35,187 nucleotides of DNA, from positions 1 through 35,187 of IMG/VR virus record IMGVR_UViG_3300009068_000095; one strand, given 5' to 3'. The notes below the pieces were generated by a model that was given only the letters and a program-made list of their open reading frames with translations, did no database searches and was not told where the DNA came from. Shown here in pieces: positions 1-6,822 of the stretch. A program made the position numbers and the translations under genes. Source of the DNA: a virus (taxonomy: Duplodnaviria > Caudoviricetes). Position 1 is the first letter of the stretch, and the number at the start of each line of letters is the position of its first letter.

Positions 1-1
1 A

Positions 2-211
2 GGTAGTTGGTGGCATATATCCGATATCCATCAACACGCCAATAGCTTAGAGGGAATATGTAATGACGAGGCAGAAGAGATAACCGACGAAGAGGCAAGA
101 GAAGTATTAAGGCTTATGGATAAGTGCCATGATTGCGAAGTAGGCTTGAATTGGGATGTAATAGAAAGTTGGATTGACCATGTAAAAGAGCTCAGGAGAA
201 AGACAGCATGA
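2..211 (+). CDS. partial phage hypothetical protein (C-terminal part)
   Basis: Manual translation: GSWWHISDIHQ...ITDEEAREVLRLMDKCHDCEVGLNWDVIESWIDHVKELRRKTA*. TGA overlaps the next ATG (ATGA at 208-211). Confidence 0.75.
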   Translation, partial: GSWWHISDIHQHANSLEGICNDEAEEITDEEAREVLRLMDKCHDCEVGLNWDVIESWIDHVKELRRKTA

Positions 212-381
212 CACGCTATCAAATGCAGTATGAAATTTATACTTTGATGATGGACATTTATCCTGAATTGCAGCATCAGGAATTAGACAATCATCTTGTC
301 AATTTATGGAAATGCACAGACGATTATTTAATGAAGTATCTTCAAGCTACAAAGGACATCGCATCATGGAAATTACATTAA
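208..381 (+). CDS. hypothetical protein (57 aa, below ORF-track cutoff)
   Basis: MTRYQMQYEIY...ASWKLH*; AGGAG upstream; ATGA coupling. Confidence 0.65.
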   Translation: MTRYQMQYEIYTLMMDIYPELQHQELDNHLVNLWKCTDDYLMKYLQATKDIASWKLH

Positions 382-566
382 CTTTAGAGCAATACAATAA
401 AATACGCCGGTTATCTGATTTTGCCGACTTTTATCTTGACGACCATATACCCAGCTCAGATTTTTATCAGGAGCAATTTGAGCATGACATGGAAGATATT
501 TTTTGGGCTAAAGAGGTATTCCAAGAGATTGACGCAAGAATAGGAGCTAACAATGAACAGAGATAG
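366..566 (+). CDS. hypothetical protein
   Basis: ORF 306..566; ATG366 (MEITLTLEQ) preferred because it follows AAGGA and avoids a long overlap. Confidence 0.7.
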   Translation: MEITLTLEQYNKIRRLSDFADFYLDDHIPSSDFYQEQFEHDMEDIFWAKEVFQEIDARIGANNEQR

Positions 567-735
567 CATGGTGCAACGCTTAATCCAAGATGATATCAAT
601 ACGATTGGGCACGCTTTTGAGGTGGGCGATACTGATTACTTATATGACATTCTTTTAAATAATATAGGCTATGATAAGCAGACGCTGCGAGAGATTATTG
701 ACCAATACAATACAAGAACATGGGAAACCGAATAA
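553..735 (+). CDS. hypothetical protein
   Basis: TAGGAG RBS; TAATG coupling to the next gene. Confidence 0.75.
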   Translation: MNRDSMVQRLIQDDINTIGHAFEVGDTDYLYDILLNNIGYDKQTLREIIDQYNTRTWETE

Positions 736-887
736 TGGAAGAGTGCTCAATTTGTAGTGTAGAGTTTTCTATTGAAGAAGAGGGCGGGATTGTCGGTGAG
801 TTTGGTATTTTACCGGTGCAATTTTGCCCCACATGCTTATGCTGTATGTTAGATATGGCAGACCAATTAAACGAGGGAGTAATATGA
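735..887 (+). CDS. small putative zinc-finger protein (50 aa)
   Basis: MEECSICSVEF...VQFCPTCLCCMLDMADQLNEGVI*; CxxC...CxxC; coupled on both sides (TAATG, ATGA). Confidence 0.7.
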   Translation: MEECSICSVEFSIEEEGGIVGEFGILPVQFCPTCLCCMLDMADQLNEGVI

Positions 888-1150
888 AAGCATTTCCAAG
901 TAGAGCACCAATTAACGCCGATTGCATTGGCATAACAGAGCACGCCGGCATGGACTTGCTGGACTATCACGCTGCAAGAGCTTTACCCTTAGCATTTCAC
1001 TATTATAGAAATGCCATTGAGAATGATGGCGGCAAATTTGAATGGGAGGGAGATGATGAAAATACCCCTTCCATCGATTTAAACATTGTCGGTTTGTATG
1101 CCTATCTTTTAGGCAAAGCTATGCTGAAAGCTAAAAATGAGTTGGGTTGA
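884..1150 (+). CDS. phage hypothetical protein (AFP...GMxLxDYxAAxA-type)
   Basis: MKAFPSR...GMDLLDYHAARALP resembles a widespread phage motif; GAGGGAG RBS. Confidence 0.75.
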   Translation: MKAFPSRAPINADCIGITEHAGMDLLDYHAARALPLAFHYYRNAIENDGGKFEWEGDDENTPSIDLNIVGLYAYLLGKAMLKAKNELG

Positions 1151-1382
1151 TGCTTACGCACAATTTATTGAACAATTATATGAAAGAAGAGAAATGAAAA
1201 CATATGAAGTAGTTTTGCATTATTCCGGCAGGCAGGTCTGTTATGTCTCAGCACCGGACGAAGACGAGGCGATAGATGTTGCGTATGACGAGCTCGCCAA
1301 TATGCACCAGCTTGATAGTTTAGAGGTGGTGGATGTCGAGAGCTGTGAGGATTATGAGGACGACGAGGATGATGGATTTTGA
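1137..1382 (+). CDS. acidic hypothetical protein
   Basis: ORF track; the start may be 1194 (MKTYEV); acidic tail EDYEDDEDDGF. Confidence 0.7.
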   Translation: MSWVDAYAQFIEQLYERREMKTYEVVLHYSGRQVCYVSAPDEDEAIDVAYDELANMHQLDSLEVVDVESCEDYEDDEDDGF

Positions 1383-1498
1383 GCTTTACTATCTACCAAT
1401 CGGACGGATTAAAGGTCATACAATGGTTTAAGACTGTTGATGACCTTCTCAAATCTATGCTGGAAAACCCTAATAACACATACCATAGGAACACATGA
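1379..1498 (+). CDS. hypothetical protein (39 aa, TTG start)
   Basis: MSFTIYQSDGLKVIQWFKTVDDLLKSMLENPNNTYHRNT*; TTGA and ATGA overlaps fill the gap exactly. Confidence 0.6.
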   Translation: MSFTIYQSDGLKVIQWFKTVDDLLKSMLENPNNTYHRNT

Positions 1499-1677
1499 GG
1501 ATATTGACCGACCGGACTACCTTATTACAGGCAGTCGATAGATTAGAGGTTAAAGGGGGTTTTGCCAATGCACTTGGTAAAGCAGCCCTTTTAGCGGATA
1601 ATGAGAACCTGAAACGGCTTGTAAATGCTTTCCCTGAATTATTTGAGGGTCAGGCTTCTCTCAGATTGGTTAAATGA
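1495..1677 (+). CDS. hypothetical protein
   Basis: GGFANALGKAALLADNENLKRLVNAFPELF resembles a common small phage protein; ATGA coupling. Confidence 0.75.
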   Translation: MRILTDRTTLLQAVDRLEVKGGFANALGKAALLADNENLKRLVNAFPELFEGQASLRLVK

Positions 1678-1862
1678 ACGCTACGATAATTTACTTAAAA
1701 GATGGGAAAAACGGCATGGTTGAGGTCTCGATGGAAATTATCGGGCAGCCTAACCAATCTTTCCTATTGAGTAAGAACATTGGTGAAAAGCTAGCCGAGC
1801 TTAAGATTACTAAGTTTTGCGACAATGAGTTTACGCAAGAGCCGCCGGAAATGCTGCAATAA
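1674..1862 (+). CDS. hypothetical protein
   Basis: ATGA coupling; converges on the primase gene. Confidence 0.65.
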   Translation: MNATIIYLKDGKNGMVEVSMEIIGQPNQSFLLSKNIGEKLAELKITKFCDNEFTQEPPEMLQ

Positions 1863-2628
1863 GCAATTTCCCAGCTTCGTAAGCACCCAATCTTAATTCA
1901 GCGTCATTAAAATCTTCCTTTTGAATATCGGAAACCCAATGGGGATACCCTTGTGCTACCTTGATTCCTACGGGGTCATTATCAGCCACGATAACGCAGT
2001 CAGGATACGACTTTGCCATATCTGATAGATTGCCAGCAGAGAAACATACAACGAGCTTATAGCGGGTTTTGTTGCATTTTAGAGCCCGTCTTACAGATAA
2101 GGCAGTCGCCATACCCTCACAGAGTATCGGAATACCCTTGTTATCCATGATATATACCGCACCTTTATTGCATTGTCCGGCAAGAAACCGCTTAGTCCCA
2201 TCTTGGGATATGGTTTGCAGACCGGAAATATTCCCATCAATCCGCATGGGGATTACTAGATTACCTTCCCACACATACCCTTTTAGCTCGGGAAAACCCT
2301 TAGCCGCTAAATACGGGTGCGTTGTCTCTACGCATTGTGAGAGTATCCAACTTGCCCGCTTAGCTGCCGCCGCTTGACGCTGCAGGGTAATTTGCTCAGA
2401 TTTTTTGCGTTTAGCTGCTAATTGAGGGTCAGGCTTATAGTCCTGGCCTCTCCAAAGAACGGGCTTCTCATGCTTACTCCAATCCTGCAGAGCTCCACAA
2501 TTTCCAGAGTAAATATATGAACCATTCCGTTTATTAGGATGGTCTAAAGTCTTTACCCTTGTCCATTTGTCATATACGAGATGGTCGATAATTAACCCGT
2601 GCTGCTCTGCAAAAGATTCAAATGTCAT
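1831..2628 (-). CDS. TOPRIM-domain DNA primase (phage/plasmid type)
   Basis: HPYLAAKG, LVIPM, LQTI..DGTKRFLAG, ILCEGMATALS, IVADND and DFND TOPRIM motifs. Confidence 0.88.
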   Translation of the reverse strand: MTFESFAEQHGLIIDHLVYDKWTRVKTLDHPNKRNGSYIYSGNCGALQDWSKHEKPVLWRGQDYKPDPQLAAKRKKSEQITLQRQAAAAKRASWILSQCVETTHPYLAAKGFPELKGYVWEGNLVIPMRIDGNISGLQTISQDGTKRFLAGQCNKGAVYIMDNKGIPILCEGMATALSVRRALKCNKTRYKLVVCFSAGNLSDMAKSYPDCVIVADNDPVGIKVAQGYPHWVSDIQKEDFNDAELRLGAYEAGKLLIAAFPAALA

Positions 2629-4103
2629 GCTGCTTTCCTATACTGTTTTGATTTGGAGAACGCAATCATTCTGCTTTTAATCCAGCTAAGGGTCTGCTGG
2701 GATGGTGGGCGGGGCTCTACCTTTATTCCATTAGGATAGGCATCAAACTTCTCACGATACTTAATGGCTGCCCATCCGTCTTTATATCCCTTCATACGTC
2801 CGTAATAGACTAACTCGGAATAGAAGTGGGTATTTTGTATCTGGAGCTTCTTATTTGCCTTATCTAGCTCTTCAAGAGTGCCAGCTATGCTTATAATAGA
2901 ACTTAGAGCTTGCCTGACGTGTCCACAGGAGGAGCAAGTATTGTTCGGAGATGTCCAAAGTGCGGCACAGGCGGGACACTTTGCTGCTTTCTTTTCTCTT
3001 TCAGTAGGCTCACGCTTAGTCACCTCACCGCCGGTCTTGAGTTCCGTTACGCCGTCGTGGTATAGGCTTTCCCAATCATCCCTGAACCGCAGGAAATTAC
3101 CTGAATGGTCTAGCAGGACACCAAAATCCTTGCCTTCGTGGGGTCTTAGGATGCGTCCGATTTGTTGAACATGGCTGCTAAAGGACTTACTAAACGGTCT
3201 AGCAGAAATGCCAATACAAACATCGGAAACGTCAAAGCCACGAGTAAGGATATCAGTGGCAATAAGACCATGAATATTAGTGTCAGGTTTACCAAAATCT
3301 TCAATAGTATCTCGCTTGAAGTCATCATCTTCCTTGTATGAAATAGAAACAAAGTTATAACCGGCTGCTTTAAATTGAGCTACAAGTTCCTTGCCGTGCT
3401 CAACACCAGCACAGAACACAATAGTCTTCATAGGTTTGCCGTATATCTCATAGGTTTTTTTAACCCATTCCGCAACGATATCTCCGGTTATTTGAATGCC
3501 TCGGGAAGTAGCTTCTGCTTGAGACCATTCGCCGGCAATCAGTTTTACTCCGGTCATATCAATTTCTTTGGCGATATAAACCTTAAGCGGGACAACCCAG
3601 CCTTCTTCCACGAGTTCCTTCATGGGAGCTGCACCAATAACATTTGTGTAGATGTTGCCAAGACCGCTAGTAAACGGGGTGGCAGTAAGACCGACTACTT
3701 TAATTTGAGGGTTAGCCTTAATGAAGTCCACTGTTGATTTATACATGACATGGCACTCATCAACAATAAGCATATCAATATCTGGAAACTTGCGGCGGGC
3801 TAAAGTCTGAGACGAACAGATTTGGATAGGTTCAAATGGACGCTTGTTCCAATGACTTCCCTGTCTTACTCCATGTTTAATACCATATTTGGCTAATCTT
3901 TTACTGGTCTGGTCAACCAATACTATACGGTCTAAAACCATCGCTACCCGCTTACCTTCAGATGCGGCTTGCTGCATGATAGCCATAGCACATTCTGTTT
4001 TACCAAACCCTGTAACGGCACAGAGGATTTGGCGGGTATGTTCTTTGAAACCTTCGTTTAACTTTTGGATTACTTCAGATTGATGCGGACGCAATACTAA
4101 CAC
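2625..4103 (-). CDS. superfamily 2 (DExH) helicase, RadD/YejH-like, with C-terminal Zn finger
   Basis: LRPHQ, TGFGKT (Walker A), DECH, GLTATP, RGFD, QQIGRILR, LDHSGN, CPAC...CSSC; TAGGAG RBS with GTG start. Confidence 0.93.
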   Translation of the reverse strand: MLVLRPHQSEVIQKLNEGFKEHTRQILCAVTGFGKTECAMAIMQQAASEGKRVAMVLDRIVLVDQTSKRLAKYGIKHGVRQGSHWNKRPFEPIQICSSQTLARRKFPDIDMLIVDECHVMYKSTVDFIKANPQIKVVGLTATPFTSGLGNIYTNVIGAAPMKELVEEGWVVPLKVYIAKEIDMTGVKLIAGEWSQAEATSRGIQITGDIVAEWVKKTYEIYGKPMKTIVFCAGVEHGKELVAQFKAAGYNFVSISYKEDDDFKRDTIEDFGKPDTNIHGLIATDILTRGFDVSDVCIGISARPFSKSFSSHVQQIGRILRPHEGKDFGVLLDHSGNFLRFRDDWESLYHDGVTELKTGGEVTKREPTEREKKAAKCPACAALWTSPNNTCSSCGHVRQALSSIISIAGTLEELDKANKKLQIQNTHFYSELVYYGRMKGYKDGWAAIKYREKFDAYPNGIKVEPRPPSQQTLSWIKSRMIAFSKSKQYRKAA

Positions 4104-4166
4104 TAAGACTCCTAACTACCAAGAAACCGCTTGGCATCGGGGGGGGAAATACGGTTTATGTGAAGT

Positions 4167-4568
4167 TTATACAGGCTGTTTTAAGTCGCCGAGCCGACTT
4201 TGTAAGTCCCCCCGATATATAAATGATTGCACCTTTTGTCTTACTGTAATCTCATCTAACTCAACATACCATTCGTGTTTATACCTATACTTTTTAACTA
4301 GACAATTACCCAAATCTATGTCCTCATCAGAGTCATGCCGGCAAACGATAAGTAAGGACTCACGAGCATATCCAACCACATCACAAAGCCTCTCTAAAGC
4401 AAGTCTTTGTCCTAAATCCATTTCTTTATTACCACGCTTGGCTTCAATAAAAATAAAGTATTTATCATTAACTTCCATAAAGGCATCAATGTCAGTAGGG
4501 TATTTAGTATCAAACCGCAGATTCTCAAATACGCATTTTTGGTGAAAGCCATGCTGGTCTTTAATCAT
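4167..4568 (-). CDS. PD-(D/E)xK-like nuclease-fold protein
   Basis: PTDID...FIFIEAK...GQRLALERL; start 4568 chosen from the ATGA overlap. Confidence 0.65.
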   Translation of the reverse strand: MIKDQHGFHQKCVFENLRFDTKYPTDIDAFMEVNDKYFIFIEAKRGNKEMDLGQRLALERLCDVVGYARESLLIVCRHDSDEDIDLGNCLVKKYRYKHEWYVELDEITVRQKVQSFIYRGDLQSRLGDLKQPV

Positions 4569-4768
4569 TTTGCCTTGCTCTTCCAATAGTTTATTTGACC
4601 GACCGATTGCGCATTCTTGGTCTGGTAAAAATCACGGGAGGCTTGCAATGCTTTAATCTCCGCAGCTTGAGCCGCAATCTTGTTTTGAAGTTCCTCAATG
4701 ACAGCCTCAGCATCCCATTCCTCACCAAGGATTTCTTTCTCAAGTTCAAGTATCGTCTTCTCATTCAT
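4565..4768 (-). CDS. coiled-coil hypothetical protein
   Basis: IEELQNKIAAQAAEIKALQASRD heptads; ATGA coupling. Confidence 0.75.
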   Translation of the reverse strand: MNEKTILELEKEILGEEWDAEAVIEELQNKIAAQAAEIKALQASRDFYQTKNAQSVGQINYWKSKAK

Positions 4769-4944
4769 TTCAAACTTCTGAGAGCTTGTTCCAGTTGATG
4801 CTGTGTTGCTTTACTGTTATTCATTACTCTCTGAGCTTCATTACAGCGTTCTTTCCAACGGATAACTTGCTGGACTGAGCCGTTTTTTACGGCGTCCGGA
4901 ATTTTATTCATTTGTTCTTGTATTTGTTTTCTAATGTCGTTCAT
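4765..4944 (-). CDS. hypothetical protein (59 aa)
   Basis: MNDIRKQIQEQMNKIPDAVKNGSVQQVIRWKER...ALRSLK*; ATGA overlaps at both ends. Confidence 0.7.
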   Translation of the reverse strand: MNDIRKQIQEQMNKIPDAVKNGSVQQVIRWKERCNEAQRVMNNSKATQHQLEQALRSLK

Positions 4945-5105
4945 TTCACATCCAATAAATCTTCAGGTTTAATACCACGTTTTTCTAAGGCTATCTTAAA
5001 CTTCTCTAATGCCTGCTTCTCGTAATGGTTAACATTTGGGCGGCTCATACCTAATGCATCTGCTACTTCTTGCTGCGTCATATGGTAATAATCTTTTTGG
5101 TTCAT
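4941..5105 (-). CDS. sigma70 region-4-like HTH protein (54 aa)
   Basis: MNQKDYYHMTQQEVADALGMSRPNVNHYEKQALEKFK...; GGAGG RBS. Confidence 0.8.
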   Translation of the reverse strand: MNQKDYYHMTQQEVADALGMSRPNVNHYEKQALEKFKIALEKRGIKPEDLLDVK

Positions 5106-5184
5106 AAATTTCCTCCGGTCTTTTACTGTATGCCCGCTTTTTCAGTATTCCTATAGGTGTTTTCCATTAACAAACTTCCTTCTC

Positions 5185-5492
5185 TCATAGGACAGGACGA
5201 GAGGGTGATAAGCACATAGGATAAATATGTGAAGTCTCCGCATCTTCAGCCGACTTGCGTCCACTGCTCCCTGAGGTACTGTTTGTCTTCCAGAGCGCCT
5301 ATCAACTAGAGTCGGCCATACTCCCCTACATCACCCATCATGCTCTGTTCGTGTGGATACCCAGTCAAGTCCCACTGCGCCGTCCTGTCAAATCTTTCGA
5401 TATAAGCGCAACCTGTCTTTAATATCTCGGTCATTAGATATATCCATGTAAGGTAGCTGGATGAACCGTCTGTATCGTCGCTCTACGGCGGA
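5185..5492 (-). ncRNA. candidate large multi-stem structured RNA
   Basis: Nested helices 5191-5199/5381-5389, 5203-5209/5330-5336 and 5249-5255/5310-5316, plus local hairpins and a GAAA tetraloop on the - strand; no ORF of 60 aa or more. Confidence 0.6.
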
Positions 5493-5494
5493 AA

Positions 5495-5600
5495 AGGAAA
5501 AACCTCATAGGGTATGAAGTCTGATTGGACATTCGCTTATGTTTACTTCCCGCCACCTAAACATAAAAGAACAGTTCAGACCCCATACAGTATGAGGCTT
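5495..5600 (-). ncRNA. C4/CI-like antisense RNA / attenuator hairpin
   Basis: Long interrupted stem 5503-5597 followed by a U-rich tract on the - strand; its two single-stranded boxes are complementary to upstream boxes at 5604-5612 and 5629-5634. Confidence 0.65.
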
Positions 5601-5653
5601 ACAGCGGGAAGTTTAACATAAAAGAACCGTCCAAAGTCCGTTTACGCAAATGA

Positions 5654-5664
5654 AGTGTATCACA
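5654..5664 (-). promoter_or_regulatory. extended -10 promoter driving the RNA cassette and replication operon
   Basis: The - strand reads TGTG-A-TACACT. Confidence 0.5.
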
Positions 5665-5670
5665 AGATTT

Positions 5671-5750
5671 AAAAAAAGTGGAGCTGTCGCAAATATAAGG
5701 CAGACATTTAAGCACCTTTGGCACTCCGAAACATCCTCACGAGATGGACT
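5671..5750 (-). ncRNA. candidate ~80-nt small RNA
   Basis: TATAAT at 5759-5754; hairpin CATC..GTGA..GATG; three-way junction closed by GGAG/CTCC; T7 tail. Confidence 0.4.
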
Positions 5751-5782
5751 TTTATTATAATACCGGTCGTTTTACATAATAT

Positions 5783-5796
5783 TAGGGTTTACCCTA
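5783..5796. promoter_or_regulatory. palindromic operator-like site TAGGGTTTACCCTA
   Basis: Palindrome between divergent transcription units; related copies occur elsewhere in the window. Confidence 0.5.
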
Positions 5797-5825
5797 TGTA
5801 TATTTGGTGTAATATACGCTACAAT

Positions 5826-5840
5826 TGGTGCACCGCAACA
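5826..5840 (+). promoter_or_regulatory. PhaR-like box TGGTGC-ACC-GCAACA
   Basis: TGC-N3-GCA core lying between a candidate -10 (TAATAT, 5810-5815) and the GGAG RBS. Confidence 0.45.
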
Positions 5841-5858
5841 TAACTTATGGAGATAACC

Positions 5859-5996
5859 ATGTTTGATTTTGAAAAGCAATACAAAGATGCATTAGCAAAG
5901 TTTGAGACTGTAACCAAGCAGAGCAAAGAAGCGTACGAGTTTTGGTACAACTGCGTAATGGACTCATGGAAAGACTTGTATAGCAAGAAGAAGTGA
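5859..5996 (+). CDS. small helical protein, possibly phasin-like (45 aa)
   Basis: MFDFEKQYKDALAKFETVTKQSKEAYEFWYNCVMDSWKDLYSKKK*; GGAG RBS; has its own terminator. Confidence 0.7.
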   Translation: MFDFEKQYKDALAKFETVTKQSKEAYEFWYNCVMDSWKDLYSKKK

Positions 5997-6002
5997 TTTA
6001 AC

Positions 6003-6028
6003 GGGGGGTATAACCCCCCTTTTTGTTT
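6003..6028 (+). terminator. intrinsic terminator
   Basis: GGGGGGT-ATA-ACCCCCC followed by TTTTTGTTT. Confidence 0.8.
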
Positions 6029-6115
6029 CTCAAAGTGTACAAAATGGGGTGATATGTACACTTTTTGCAGTTTTTTATACATATAGGTATTAATATGTAT
6101 AGACAATAAACACTT

Positions 6116-6466
6116 TTAGGTATCAATTAAGTATTCTTTAATAGTCACTTGGCAGCCGCCGCCCTTAATTTTCTCGCCCCGCTCCACTATCAGCTTCCAG
6201 ACTTGCTGGTCGTCGTCGTAAATAATTCCGTTCATGGAGTCTAGGACGCACTTGCAAATGTTATCTATGTCCAATAGCCGCTTGTCTCTTGGATAAAGGA
6301 TGATGGATACTTCTACTGGCTTATCTCCAAATGTAGCAACGTTCCTACATATTTCTTGGACGGCTTTTTTAAATTCCATTCCACGCTTGGAAATATACCG
6401 GCGATGACCGCTAGCCAGCCAATAAGCATTGACGCTACAGGGATAAGGAAATACTAGGGTAAGCAC
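6116..6466 (-). CDS. rusA: RusA-family Holliday junction resolvase
   Basis: PYPCSVNAYW, PRDKRLLDIDNICKCVLDSM, YDDDQQV. Confidence 0.9.
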   Translation of the reverse strand: MLTLVFPYPCSVNAYWLASGHRRYISKRGMEFKKAVQEICRNVATFGDKPVEVSIILYPRDKRLLDIDNICKCVLDSMNGIIYDDDQQVWKLIVERGEKIKGGGCQVTIKEYLIDT

Positions 6467-6501
6467 TTATATAACACATGAGAGAAAGTGGGTACGATGT
6501 A

Positions 6502-6530
6502 TTGACTTGTCATATTGGAAGCATTATATT
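6502..6530 (+). promoter_or_regulatory. sigma70 promoter
   Basis: TTGACT, 17-bp spacer, TATATT, followed by a GAGGAG RBS. Confidence 0.75.
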
Positions 6531-6550
6531 GGACTTAGAGGAGACTGTCT

Positions 6551-6658
6551 ATGAATGATAATTTAATGAGTATTGCAGCTACATCTATTATTGTAATCCT
6601 TGCGATTGTGTTCTTTCTTTGTGTACTCATAGGCAACCGTGTATGGTCTTGGCTATAA
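6551..6658 (+). CDS. small membrane protein (35 aa)
   Basis: MNDNLMSIAATSIIVILAIVFFLCVLIGNRVWSWL*; GAGGAG RBS. Confidence 0.65.
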   Translation: MNDNLMSIAATSIIVILAIVFFLCVLIGNRVWSWL

Positions 6659-6822
6659 AATATTTTGTAATTTGTTTTTCAATTGTTCTTTGCGCCCATG
6701 TGTTACATGTAACGCACGACCCTAAGATTGTGTATGCCTGTTCCGAGGTGACAGAGGACGACCCGATTGATGTTCAGAGGAAATGCTATGGAAATAAAGT
6801 TAGAAATCACCAGAGAGAATGA
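6643..6822 (+). CDS. membrane-anchored hypothetical protein
   Basis: N-terminal hydrophobic stretch; YACS...PIDVQRKC. Confidence 0.6.
   Translation: MVLAIKYFVICFSIVLCAHVLHVTHDPKIVYACSEVTEDDPIDVQRKCYGNKVRNHQRE

Noticed and set aside
4170-4205. Pistol ribozyme resemblance (GUCG-N6-CGAC followed by an A-rich linker)
   Set aside because: The required perfect downstream complement of the 6-nt loop and the P2/P3 core are not found at the right spacing.
2069-4798. + strand ORFs overlapping the primase/helicase operon
   Set aside because: Antisense shadows of well-supported genes.
5306-5434. 42-aa ORF (MTEILKTG...YGRL) on the - strand inside the structured region
   Set aside because: No clear RBS or recognisable motif, and it overlaps extensive base-paired helices. 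A leader peptide cannot be fully excluded.
5185-5492. Group I/II intron, retron msr-msd or tRNA
   Set aside because: No interrupted host gene, no reverse transcriptase or homing endonuclease in the window, and no cloverleaf with a T-loop or recognisable catalytic core.
5819-6106. 95-aa - strand ORF from the track
   Set aside because: It is antisense to the 45-aa + gene that has an RBS and terminator, and it runs through hairpins.
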